Assembly: GCF_006345805.1 (NCBI RefSeq)
Contig: NC_043006.1
Coordinates: 26,412,001 to 26,476,000 of the forward strand
DNA length: 64,000 bases
Origin: Octopus sinensis
Taxonomy: Eukaryota
Reading direction: 5' to 3'
This document shows, piece by piece, positions 52,081 to 64,000 of the stretch. Position 1 is the stretch's first letter. Each line of letters begins with the position of its first letter. The position numbers and the translations under genes were made by a program. The notes beneath the pieces were generated by a model. The model had not been told where the DNA came from. It saw nothing but the letters and a program-made list of their open reading frames with translations, and ran no database searches.

Positions 52081-52796
52081 ATCCAGCCTAATTAATAAAT
52101 GTAACAAGTTATTAATTTTCTGTTCTCATTTATTTAGCAAAACATGCTTGAAATTTCCACTCAAAAATCCTACATAATTTACATACTCTGTAATATACTA
52201 AGTACTTTTTTTTCCTTACTAATTTATAAACTTTAGTCTGATCTTTAATTATTGCACCCATTGTAATTCAGGTTAATTCACTTTAACCTTAATAAACCTG
52301 ATATTTCTTGAAAGGAATGGAGAGATGGATAATTAACTTTAAAATTCTACACACTGTTACTTTGGACCCAGTTGACTTTCCTGCAATTCCTCTTGTAGGT
52401 TTTTCTTCCATGTATGAAATTTCTTGATAAATAAGAGGGGGCTTAAAACCGAGCCCTGGTGAACTTCTACCTGTACACAAAATCTGTTGCTATACTCATT
52501 GCAAACTTTAACTTTACACACACACACACACACACACATGCGCACGCAAAGCAGTGACTAAGAAAATACACTTTATACTAGTTCAGTTATGTTTGAGAGA
52601 TAGAAATATTTCAGTCCATAAAAAAACTTTTCACTGCAGTTTGTCATGGAGAAATATTCTTGCTGGAGACAAAAAAGTGTAAAACACCATAATCATTTCA
52701 GAGTACCCCCTATTGGACTAGTGGATACATGTGTATTTCAGAGTAATTTTCTCCTCATCTGTACCTAAGAGAGGCAACACTGAACTGACGTAGAAA

Positions 52797-52940
52797 CTAG
52801 TTAGGGTTAGAGGGTGGGGTTAGGATTAGAGTTAGGATCAGTATTAAAGTTTAGGTTTTAGGGAAAAAGCTTAAGAGTAGGGTTTAAGAGCTTAGTATTA
52901 GGATTTAAGATTAGGGTTTCAGGTTAGGGTTAAGGTTACA
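52797..52940 (+). repeat. Degenerate TTAGGG-like tract
   Basis: ttagggttag...ttaggattagagttagg...ttagggtttcaggttagggttaagg. Confidence 0.7.
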
Positions 52941-53689
52941 CTTAAACAGTAGTTTGGGTTGAAAAGATTTGTATATGTGTACAATTTTTTTCAGAATTTA
53001 AATTGCATATGTTTAAAACATGGATATCTGAAAAAATATTCATAAAATAGCCTTAAAAAATAGTTCTGCATAGTGCACTTAGTCTGATGTTTTCCTAATT
53101 GCTTTTACCAAAAGATTTACTGATAAGTACTAATACATTGCTTTGTGATGTTACAGTTAATTCTCTGAGTTTTTGACTCGGGCAGTGCTGGTTACTTCTG
53201 CTTGTATATCGTCATCATTTCATCTTCATCAATTGTTGTTCACTTCTCTGTGTTTGCATGGGTGAGGTGGAATTTGTTCTGTGACTGAATACCCTTCCTG
53301 TTGCGAACACTCACTTTTTTCCATGTAAGTTAATAATTTCCTAATGGGTAGACATGTTTTTCAAGAAAGACAAGAAATGACCAACTTCACTTGTGTGATA
53401 TTGATGCTTGCTTGCACCCATGATATCAGGTAAAGGATACATACAAATACACACAAACACATGCACACTCACACATACTTACACACCCACAATGGGCTTA
53501 TTTCAGTTTCCACTTAGCAACTCACAAGGCTTTGGTCAGCCTGGAACTATGATAGAAGTTACTTGTTGAAGGTGCTGTGCTGTGGAACTGAACTCAAGAT
53601 GACATGTTTGGGAAGCAAGCTTCTTAACCACACAGCCATACCTATGTCTGTAGTGTCTGTATATACACATACATATATGCATATAAAGT

Positions 53690-54170
53690 TACATGGGAAA
53701 CTGATTTCCTCAAATATCCTGAAGGTTCCCTAGTGGTAGTGGATAATTTCAGTTGCATAGGTGACCTAATTAGCAGTGGATGTTTTTAAAGCGTAGTTGC
53801 TAGATTAAGAATAAGATGGAGAAAATCTGGAGAGCTATTACCTCTGTAGGCAACAAGAGGTCTCTTACTCTCTCCAAGTGAAATGCAAATTGTATGATGC
53901 CTATGTGTGTACAACAATGCTGTATGGTATGAGACTTGGGCCCTGGATGTAGAAGGCATGCAAAGACTAGGGAAGAATGAAGCTAGTGAGCTTATATAGT
54001 ATGCATGCATGACAAAGTGCTAATGAACTGAGTGAAGAGGAATTGGATATAGTGTGCAAGAGAGAAGATTGCGCTGGTTTAGTCACATAATATGTATGGA
54101 AAAGGGCAGCTGCATAAAGAAGTGTTGATTGCTTGAAGTGGACAGAACTTGTGGAAGGAGATCTGGAGCG
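53690..54170 (+). mobile_element. RTE LINE 3' fragment
   Basis: AMLYGMRLG (frameshifted YG.ETW), VQERRLRWFSH motifs. Confidence 0.7.
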
Positions 54171-55539
54171 AGCCACTCCCCACTGCCTCGTCAAGCAGAG
54201 ATTTTCACAACATCTCATTTTCTAACACCCTTAACTTTCCTATCTATGGTAGATTTTCTCAGATTTTCTCCACATCTCACCTAACACCCATAACTTTTCT
54301 ATCTATGGTACTGCTCGGCTGCTGTAATCATCTGAAATCAGAATAGATACATATTACATCCCCTCCCTTTTGGTTATCTGCCCTTCCCAGATCCATTACT
54401 ATGATTTTTCCAGTTTCAGCTAATGAGCTGTGGCCATGCTGGGGCACCGCCATCATCCCTGCTCATATTATTTCCACCAGTCACCTCCTTTTTGTGATTT
54501 CAACCATTGCTCTCCCCTCGTATACTTCATTTTTAACATCTCTCTTACATGCTATCACTTTTAGTGCTCTGTCATATCTACCATCACACCCCACTTATCA
54601 TAGCCCCCACCCCTTGAGGCACTCTTGTATCTCTTACCATCACTCATTACATGCACCTCTACCCCTCCCCCATCTTTCCCCCTCTTTTTCCCATTGCAAT
54701 CAACTGTATCTTGAGATTCTCCAGCATCCCATCACCTCTTCTATCTACTATGCAGCTTTCCAACTGGTACCAACCACTTTTTGATAACAGACATCTGAAC
54801 CTGTTCTTTCATCATACTGTAACCTCTCAGCACCTGACATAAAGCCATCATCCCTTCTCCTCACAAATACTAACCCTCCCCCCATTTAGTCAAGGAGACT
54901 ATTTCTTTTTTCTTTTCCTTTCCCCACCCTTTTTTCCTTCTCTCTGTTCCCTTCTCTTGCCTTGGAAGTTACTTGGCAGCCTCTTTAGTGCTGGGGGCAT
55001 GAAAAATGCACTCAGTACACTTTATAAAGTGGTTGACATTAAGAAGGGCATCCAGCTGTAGAAAGCATGTCAAAGCTAACATTAGTGTTTGATGCTGCCT
55101 TACAGCATGTCAGATGCTGTCAAACCATCCAACACACTCCAGCATGGGAAACATGTTAAATGATTATAAAGATGGTAATAATGATGTGGTTAAGAAGTTT
55201 ACTTCCCAACCTCATGGTTTCAGGTTCAGTCCCACTGCATGGCATCTTGGTCAAGTGTCTTCTATTATAGACCAGGGCTGGCTAAAGCTTTGTGAATGGA
55301 TTTGAGAGATGGAAACTGAAAGAAGCCAATTGTATGTGTAGGTGTGAGTGTCTATGTGTTTGTATCTCTTTGTCTTGACATTGCATGATAGTTGTAAATG
55401 AGTGTCACTATCATACATGAAGTGTCATTCATTTCTAATATTTAGTGTAAACATGTCTGGCCTTAAGAAGATATTACCTTGCTTGGAAACTTGGAGGTTA
55501 ATGACTAGAAGGGTATCCAGCTATAGAATGTTTATTTCA

Positions 55540-56120
55540 ATATACAAATTGAATGTTGTTGAAAACTTCAAGTACTTAGGTGACTGGGTGAACTGTTTGG
55601 AAGCAGACATCAAGATCAGGAAGGCACAAGCGAAGACAGCTTGTCGCAAACTAAAGAAGATCTGAAACACCAAATTGCCCAGGCAAATCAAAATCAAGCT
55701 GTTCATTGCAACTGTTGAATCAGTGCTTATTATATGGCAGTGAAATATGGACACTGACACAGAAATTATCAAATGGGCTGAATGGATACTACAAATGGTA
55801 CTAAATGTGAAATGGCAGCAACACATGACAAATGAATGACTTTATGGAGTCCTGCCGAACATTAGTGAGAAGATCAGACAAAGACAGCTGCAACTATCTG
55901 GTCACTGTGTGCACCACCATGAATTAGAAGCATCCAAATTAGTCTTGTGGAATTCACTTCATGGTGATGTAAGAAGAGGAAATCTTCATCACACTTACAT
56001 TGACAACTTGATTGCAGACACTGGCCTGGAATGTATCCAGCCTCAAGGCAGTGATGACGAACTGGCAAGTGTGGCTGGTAGACTTTGTTGCTGTGGCCTA
56101 GGTTGGAACCCAGTCATAAT
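55540..56120 (+). mobile_element. RTE/BovB-like LINE 3' fragment
   Basis: VVENFKYLG...DIKIRKAQA..ACRKLKKI, IKIKLFIATVESVL; (ata)n tail. Confidence 0.7.
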
Positions 56121-57470
56121 AATAATAATTATTATTATTTATAATTTCATATTTCATTCTAGTATACTGTCACAACATTGTATTTACTTGAACAGCGTCA
56201 ATATTTTTTCCACAAAAACCACTTTACAATATTTTTCAGCAAGTGTATGATGAAGCACTGAATTTGTTTTTCCACAAAATATGCTTCCAAAATAGGAGTG
56301 CATCTTATATATGGTGTGTGTGTGTACATATATATATAAATATCTTGGTGATCCTGCTAGTGTTGGTGCCATGTAAAAAGCATCCAGCCCACACTGTAAA
56401 GTGGTTGTCATTTGGAAGGGCATCCAGTTGTAAAAACCATGCCAAAACTGACTTCGCCTGTGCTTGTGCCATGTAAAAAGCACTTTTTCCACTCTGCTTG
56501 GTGGTTGGTATTAGGAAGGGCATTCAGCTGTAAAAACTGTATCAAAACACATAGAAGCTCCTGCCTAGCCATGGAAGGTGGACATTAAAGATGATGATGG
56601 TTGTGTGTGTTGTAATATTCCAGCCTTTGCCAGTAAACCCATATGTGAAACCATCTTAGTTGAAGGAACAGCAGTGAAAGTGGTAGACAAGTTTCTTGCT
56701 CCTTGGATGATGAAATATCTTTAAGGTTATCAGAAGGCTACTGATTCTTTCAGGGTTCTTGAGTCTCATATCTGATTCCAGTATGGCATCACAAGGTAAA
56801 CAAAAGTTGCTGTGTACCGTGCATGTGTGCTGACATCACTTCTTTACTTACATAAGACATGAACCCTTTACTGGCGTCATGTAACTGTCCTAAAATGCTT
56901 CCATCAGAGATTTGTGAGATATATTCTAAATGTTGGCAGGTTCTTGTGGACTCTAGACACAGAGGTCTTGAGGGGAGCCAATGTCCTGAGCATTGGGACA
57001 ATGATGCACAAGTATTGTTTATTTTGGACTGGACACCTTATTTGGATGAATGATTGGAGGATCTTTAAGCAGATGCTATATGGTGATCTTGTGGAAAGTG
57101 CTCCCAGTGGAAATAAAGACTATGATTGTGTGAAGTCCTTTTGGAGGTATATGAAATATGGGAGGTCCATGGGGAAAGCAATACTCATCACCACTGATGG
57201 AGTAAATAAGTAATGGAAGAAGTGTGTATTTTTCAAGCTGCTCAAAGATACACTACCTCTGTAGTGAATGGGGGGAAGCTAGAAGAACAATATTTGTGGG
57301 TATTTACGTTTATCAAGAGCTGGGCCCATTAGTTGCCAAAGTATATATTTAACTGAGTGTAACAATGTTTTTGATGGTCAGTAATGGTCTTCCTCAGATA
57401 TAAATAGATGGCCATCATGTATAAATAAATGTATATGCATGTGTGTGTGTATGTTTATATGTGTACATAC

Positions 57471-57502
<32 letters not shown>

Positions 57503-58834
57503 ATATATATATATATTGTGGTACACAACCTATCATTTTATGCACAGAATAAGTAATATTTTGCTTCATTGAAATGTAGGTATATATTCAGGAAATAAGT
57601 ATGAAGATAGGTAAAGCAACATTTAACAGAACAAAATACATATTAGTTTTTAACTTTTTTTTTATTTCTCTATACAGCATTATATACAACGTTCAACAGA
57701 TTGGAAATGTTGACAATCAAACAATGTCTGTGTAGCCAACATTTTTTGTGTATATAATACCTGCACCATGCTCTTGATGTAGCAAATTGACATTGACCAA
57801 CAAAACCATTTATGTGCAATGGATCCCCAACTCCACTGAGAGCAACATGCAACTGACCGTTTGCGAACACTGTAGTAAGGAGATAATTGCCACTTTTTGG
57901 TAAGCTTTGCCCTTGACTTTTTTGTTTATTGACATAGTGGATGCAGATCTGACAGCAAATTGATGCCATCTTTAAGTGAAAAGAAAATCCGTATCAGGTG
58001 GCTGCAGATTGGTTTGGAGAATCAGGAATGTATGTTCTGCATCAAATCCAATAATTTTATTTGCTTTTATGAAAGTGACAGTTACAGAGTTCTTGAAAAT
58101 GGCTGTCAGAAATTAATCATTCAATTATCTTTCTGAAAAAATAGAAGGGAAGGAACTGAAGTGGACAGATAGTGCCTGAGAATCTGGGTTATTTGTGTGT
58201 TGGGGAGAAAGGAAGAAGGAAGGAAACAAAATGAGTGGAAAGACAGTGAGAAAAAGTGGGGAAAAAGAAAAAGAGTGAGGGGATAGAGAGAAAATGGAAT
58301 GAGTTGAGAGAGAAAAGAAAGAGTGGTAAGCACAAGCAGTCAGGTAAATAATCTGTGCAACATTAACAATACAGACAATCAATACAAGATTTGCACACAA
58401 TAGCTAATAGTTACCCAGTTAATAACTATAACACAGTAGGTATCTTCAAGATATAATCTATATATACCCATAACTAAATAAAAGTATAGTTAAAAGGTGA
58501 CAAAGTCAATCACAGTGCATTCTCCATTTACATAATTTAGGTATACATTATTTGGTTGGCACAAGTAAACTCTTTTGATACCATCCTGCCTGAGCCCACC
58601 TGCAGTCCTATTATACAAGTTTCCTTTGTGAAAGCAATCTTAATTGAAATCTTTCATCAAAATTTCATATTGATTTATTTTCTGAACACCAGCTAAATAA
58701 TGACTATGTTGTTTTTAAAAACTCTTCACTATTTTCAAAATTAATTCAAAGGCAGTGTATTTAATTAAAATATGATAATTATTTCTATTCTAGGTACAAG
58801 GCCTTGAAAATTTTGGGGGGGCAAGCAGGCTAGT

Positions 58835-59000
58835 CAATTACATCAACCCCAGTGCATAACTAGTACTTATTTCATCAACTCTGAACGGATGAAAGGCAAA
58901 ATCGACCTCAGCGAAATTTGAACTCAGAACGTAGTGGCAGATGAAATACTGCTAAGCATTTCGCCTGGTATACTAACGATTCTGCCAGCTCACCGCCTTC
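58835..59000 (-). mobile_element. SINE family B
   Basis: ggatgaaaggcaaaatcgacctc core; ttctgccagctcaccgcc end. Confidence 0.8.
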
Positions 59001-59008
59001 ATTGAAAA

Positions 59009-59344
59009 TCTCTACATATAAAACTCAACTTGTGTGTCTGTGTGTGTATCTGTGTGTTTAACTTCCCGGCACATCTCCTCCTAGCCAACAAATCATAGAA
59101 CCACCAAAAATGGGTCACTTAAAGTTTAGGCGAATGAAAATTGAACTGCGCTATTTCTGTTCCGAAATTCATCTCGCAAGTGCAAAAATCGATAATGTGT
59201 TTGTTTAGGCCTTATCCCATGCATTAAATAGTGAACTTTACTCAGTCAGCTGTTTGACGTGAACTATGTTCACCACACGTGCAAGCATGCGTAAATTACA
59301 TGAAAAATAAAAAATCAAGATATAAAAATGGGCAATACTGCTAG
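59009..59344 (+). mobile_element. Non-autonomous Helitron-type element
   Basis: A|TC...CTAG|T boundaries; same architecture as 17863-18255. Confidence 0.65.
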
Positions 59345-60049
59345 TATAATAATAAAAGGGTAAGGATAATAGAGTGAATATTATGAAGAAAAAGAACTCA
59401 AAGAAGGAGCTTATTAAACTAGAGCTAATTGACATATATCATAACAGTTTAAATTCTTTCTTATACAATACTGCTGAAAGGTTCATCAAGCTGTGTTTGC
59501 AACAATTCCTCATTTCATAACATCTGTGTGACAAACTTCTCGTATTGGCTTGTAGTGTTTTTAAAGCCTTTTTGTTACATAATCTACAAGCTTGTCTATT
59601 TCCATTATATCACACAGTTGAAATAACTTAAATGAATAATTCTCGAAGTTCTCTTGAAGTTTATGGAATTGTATGATGTCAATAATTAAATTAAATCAAA
59701 TATTCATAGATTTTGGAGTAAAAATGTGTTCTAGAGAAAATTAAATTTTGATGTTGGGATTGTGTGGCATTAATTGACTCGAAAAGGCATTTGAAAGGAT
59801 AACATGTTCAATGTGTGAGCTGCGCAAATTAGGTACAAAGGTGCCCCACTCTCTCTTTCTCCTTCTCCTGCACTTCCTTCAGGTTGAGTATCCATGTATT
59901 TCCTTTGCGGTAGCGCACCTTTTGGTAACCTTGTACTTCCTCTACAGCAAGACACCTGTTTCTGTCTAACTATAAGCTTTCATCATCTGACACAAGATCA
60001 ACTCCTCCAATGTCCCCTCCCCTCTTGAAAGTATTTTTTTTTTGTCATG

Positions 60050-60350
60050 CAAGTACTTGGTGACCCTGTCAGTGAAGATGCCATTTAAAAGCACCCAGTC
60101 CACACTGTAAAGTGATTGGTGTTTGGAAGGGCATCCAGCTGTAAAAACCTTGCCTGTGCTTGTGCCACATTAAAAACACTAAGTCCACTCTGATGATTGG
60201 TTGGTGTTAGGAAGGGCATCCAGTTGTAAAAATCCTACCAAATCAGTCACAGAAGTCTGGTGCAGGTTTATGCCTGGCCGGCTCTTATCAAACTGTCCCA
60301 CCCATGCTAGTATGGAAGGCAGACATTAAACATTGATGATAATGATGATG
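60050..60350 (+). mobile_element. SINE family C (two core copies)
   Basis: ggaagggcatccag twice, (gat)n tail. Confidence 0.75.
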
Positions 60351-62944
60351 TAAGTAAAGTGACAATCAACAGTGATTCAGTATTCATATTAAGTATGTGA
60401 ATGGTGTTTGCTACCTGTATTTGTATAGCTTCTATAGTCTGTCATAAGGTTGAGTATGGATGTCTGGAAAGAAACTTTACTTCAACAATATTTACATAGC
60501 CATTGTGTTTCTGTATGGCACATGGGTAGAGCACATGTTTGTGTTCCTTTTGTTGTACTCTCTCCAATATCCTGCTATTTTTTCACATTGATTGCCTGAT
60601 GTCTGTCCTATCATCATCACCATCATCATCATCACCACTATCATTTAATGTCTATGTTCCATACAGGCATAAGGTGGATTATTTGACAGGATCTAATGTG
60701 TCCAGGGACTGCATTGAACATGTTTTCTATGGCTGGATGCCCTTCCTAACACCAACTACTTTACAGTCTGGACCGTGTGCTTTTTTCATGCAACCTACAC
60801 TTTTAAGGTCACCATGCAGTTTACAGGACTACAAGCCCTGGGATACTAGTTTCATGCTAAGGGATGAGGAGATTACTAAGAGAGAAGGGGATATATCAGA
60901 TTCCTGCAGAGGTATCTGCATTGCTACTCACATCTAATGAAGATAAAATTGGGTGGGGGCGGGGAGAAAATGACGAATAGGAGTTGCAAGAATATAGATA
61001 ATGGTGATAAGGTGCCCAGATGATCCCACAATGCTCAAGCTGAGTAGAAGTGGGTGGGTGGATGATTTGCATGAGTGTAAGTGAATGAGGGGTGGGGAGG
61101 GAAACTGCCAAAATCGGTAGGTTGAAAAGTGGATGAGACAAAAGCCATAACCTGGGGAAGACAGAGGGATGCAAAAGTGTGATGGTGTGGAGTGAGCAGC
61201 AGGAATAGAAAGATGATAGAGTTGGGGGAGTGGGGAAAGAGGCAGTCATAATGCATTATGGGGGGAATCACTGTAATGGATGGAGAACCGAAAATGTAGC
61301 ACTTCCAGAACTCATTTTTGCTGAGGAGGACAACTCCTTGAGAACCTCATACTGCTAGAGATCCCAGTCCTGTGTCATCACAATTTGGGGCTCAGGGTCC
61401 TGAGGTCAGCTTTCACCACTTCATCTCATGTCTTCCTGGGTCTTCCTTTTCTGCAGGTTCCAGCCAGATTAAGCAAATAACACTTGGGATATAAAACTTT
61501 TTCAAGTTTTTATAATCATTATGTTAATAACTATTTCACATACTATCACTATCATGTTTAGCTATTTAGCATGTCATGTGTATCCTTACTTGGTTCTTGA
61601 TCCTTTTGATTTTCTCTCATTCATGATCTGTTATTATTGATAACACTAATGTTGCTTTACACAGTACTCTACCTATTATATACATTTTAAAACTTCTGGA
61701 ATAATATTCTGCACCCATATTCATCTGCTATCATCTGTTGGATTGGTTTGCTGGTGATATTAGTTTTTGGAACAGATATTTGAAAATTGGATGTCTTTCC
61801 TGGCCAACCACTAACTGTGATTTATGTATAGTACTTATCTTTAAGTTATATCTGTTGATTATGACTTGTTGAATTTTACCTAGATATACATATTTCATAC
61901 TGTTTAAATCAAAAACTGATTTCTGTGCTTCTTCCCTTTGTTTCAAACTTCCCATTTAGTTGTACAGTTCTATCTAGAGAATCAAGTCATTTGCACAAAG
62001 ACATTTGGCATTCAGCTCTGTATTTTATTGGTAAGAAAATAGAACTATTGAAAATGAACTGAGAGTAGTCTTTTTGAACACTTATTTGAACCTTAAATTC
62101 CTCAGTGAATGAGTTGTTAATCTTGAGTCTATTTCTAGCATCTCTTACACATGGCTTTGAAATCATTTGAAACGGTTATCTAACCCTAACTCCCCCATCA
62201 CTCACCAAATTACAGTTCTTGGGAGTGATAAAATTCCAATCTAGTTCAACACAGGCAAGCTGTATTTGCTAACTTTTCTTCTTCTGCGGTCTTGCATTAC
62301 ATTTAGCACTTATGTATCAAATTCTTTCATTGTTATACAGGTAAAGGTGATTATATGTTTGCTGCTTTTGTGAGTTTCAAAAAATGTTTCCTTAATGAAA
62401 ATATTATGTTTTGGCCTTCTGTATGATGGTAGACAACAATCATTCCACAAGTCCTGTGTTCGCTTGTTGTGCTGTTAAACATTATTGGATATTTTTCACA
62501 CCCTGGAGTCAGTTTTGACATTGATTTTTGTTTTGTTTAGAATTTGTGAACTTAACAGCAATTATAATAAATCTGACTAAACTCTTTTTTTTTTTCCATA
62601 CAACATAATACCAAAAGAAAAAAAAGCCAAAGTGCATTATACATGCAATGTATTTCTTCTGTGATTTCATTGTCCATCATTGATGGCATGTATTACATTC
62701 AAGTTTGTATTATACATGAACAAATATGATAGCTATTTGTAGGTTGTGACTGAATTATTGCAATCTACATTGATCTATGTAAAGTTAGAAGAGAGGAGAA
62801 ATAAAGTAATACTTCCATGTAAAGGAAATTAAATATAAAATGGTAATAATATCCTTCAAATATAGCAGAGTTGATATATTAAAGTTTTTACCCTCCTAAA
62901 CTGATCAGGATTTGACTTGTATAAAATTATCAATTTTTTTCCAG

Positions 62945-63012
62945 GGTGTACCAAGTTCAGCTCTTCGAGAAATTTGTCTACTAAAAGAATTAAAACATAA
63001 GAATATTGTTCG
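62945..63012 (+). CDS. CDK5: CDK5 coding exon 3 (GVPSSALREICLLKELKHKNIVR)
   Basis: Polypyrimidine tract plus ccag acceptor, gtatgt donor; 68 nt; CDK5-diagnostic PSSALRE helix. Gene continues beyond the window. Confidence 0.97.
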
Positions 63013-63249
63013 GTATGTATTTAAATTCAATATCTTTCTGTTCTGAACATTGTTAAATCTTCATTTTTTTGTTGTCTTTGGACTAGTGTCCTCATTTATT
63101 GTAGTCACAATGTTTTCATTGTTGTGCCCACTTCAGCTTTCTTAAAGTGCCTACTATATTCAGTAACAATGCAAGAATTTCAAACTGAGCTCTTTATTCA
63201 GTTTACAAAGGATATATTGTTCTCATTTTGTTGTCCATACCAGAGATAT

Positions 63250-64000
63250 TCTTTTACTTGTGGTGTTGTGTAACAGTATTATAGTTAACTTGTTACAAAG
63301 ATAAAGGAGATGCCCTAGAGAGAAGTAATCATGGAAGTTTCACACTACTGGACCAGGTTATGGAAGTAATAGCTCAACTAATTTGGAAGAGAGTTAACCC
63401 TTTAGCATTCTTATTAGTCTATTAATTATGCTTCATCTTGTAATTTCAAGATTTTAATGATGTGACTGTAAATTTTTGGAATGACATTGTAGGGGGTAGG
63501 GGTGAGAAGTCAGATCTGGTCATTTGGACTTAAAACAGGTAGAATATTTGAGCTGGATATGGCCAGTTTAAATGCTAAAGTGTTAAACTAAATGATATGC
63601 AGTTTGCTTTAGTGCAAGAGAGAAGTACTACTGATGCTCTCTTCCTAGTAAGGCTACTGCAGGAGAAGTATTTTGCTCTGCTTGGCTTTCATCTATCTAA
63701 AGAAAGGCTTCAGCTGAGTACTTCACTCTCTGATCAAGTGAGAGCCACTCAAACCATGTACTGGGGTCCTGCCTGTAAGATTAGAGTTTGCAAAGAGTGC
63801 ACCTAAGCTTTTAGTATGCAGGTACTTCACCAGGGCTCAACTCTCAGTTCCTTCCTTTTTATTAGAGTCAATCATAGCATGACAGAGTATGTTAAGACTG
63901 ATTGCCCATGGAAGCTCCTCTATACTGATGACTTCATTCTTATTGAAGAATCTGTAGCAGAATGAGAAAAGAAATTCCAGGTATGGAGGTAAAAATCCTA
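63250..64000 (+). mobile_element. Decayed RTE LINE in CDK5 intron 3
   Basis: KDKGDALE, STTDALFLVRLLQEKY, LHQGSTLS, WKLLYTDD; interrupted by a short insertion. Confidence 0.75.

Noticed and set aside
57670-57969. Possible hAT transposase fragment (CWLHRH motif)
   Set aside because: A single weak motif with no TIRs is not enough to call.

Overview
AT-rich, repeat-dense eukaryotic genomic DNA, very probably octopus (coleoid cephalopod), judged from the SINE families, RTE LINEs and (TA)n tracts; this assignment is inferred. The only host gene I can support is CDK5 on the + strand, with its first three coding exons at 36745-36781, 44892-44980 and 62945-63012. They are separated by transposon-filled introns of 8.1 kb and 18.0 kb, and the gene continues past the window. 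The rest is mostly decayed or nested mobile DNA: MULE, mariner, a Tol2-like hAT with TIRs and TSD inside CDK5 intron 1, Charlie/Buster hAT, Chapaev3, Helitron-type elements, a Merlin-like foldback, Gypsy, RTE, CR1/L2, Tx1/L1, Penelope-like (GIY-YIG) fragments, three SINE families and several tandem repeats. The most interesting signal is a set of short palindromic or directly repeated elements in (TA)n tracts that carry minimal type I hammerhead ribozyme motifs. One of them (10386-10430, minus strand) is fully intact and lies in a 364-nt directly repeated, retrozyme-like unit. Repeat boundaries are approximate unless a TSD or TIR is quoted.
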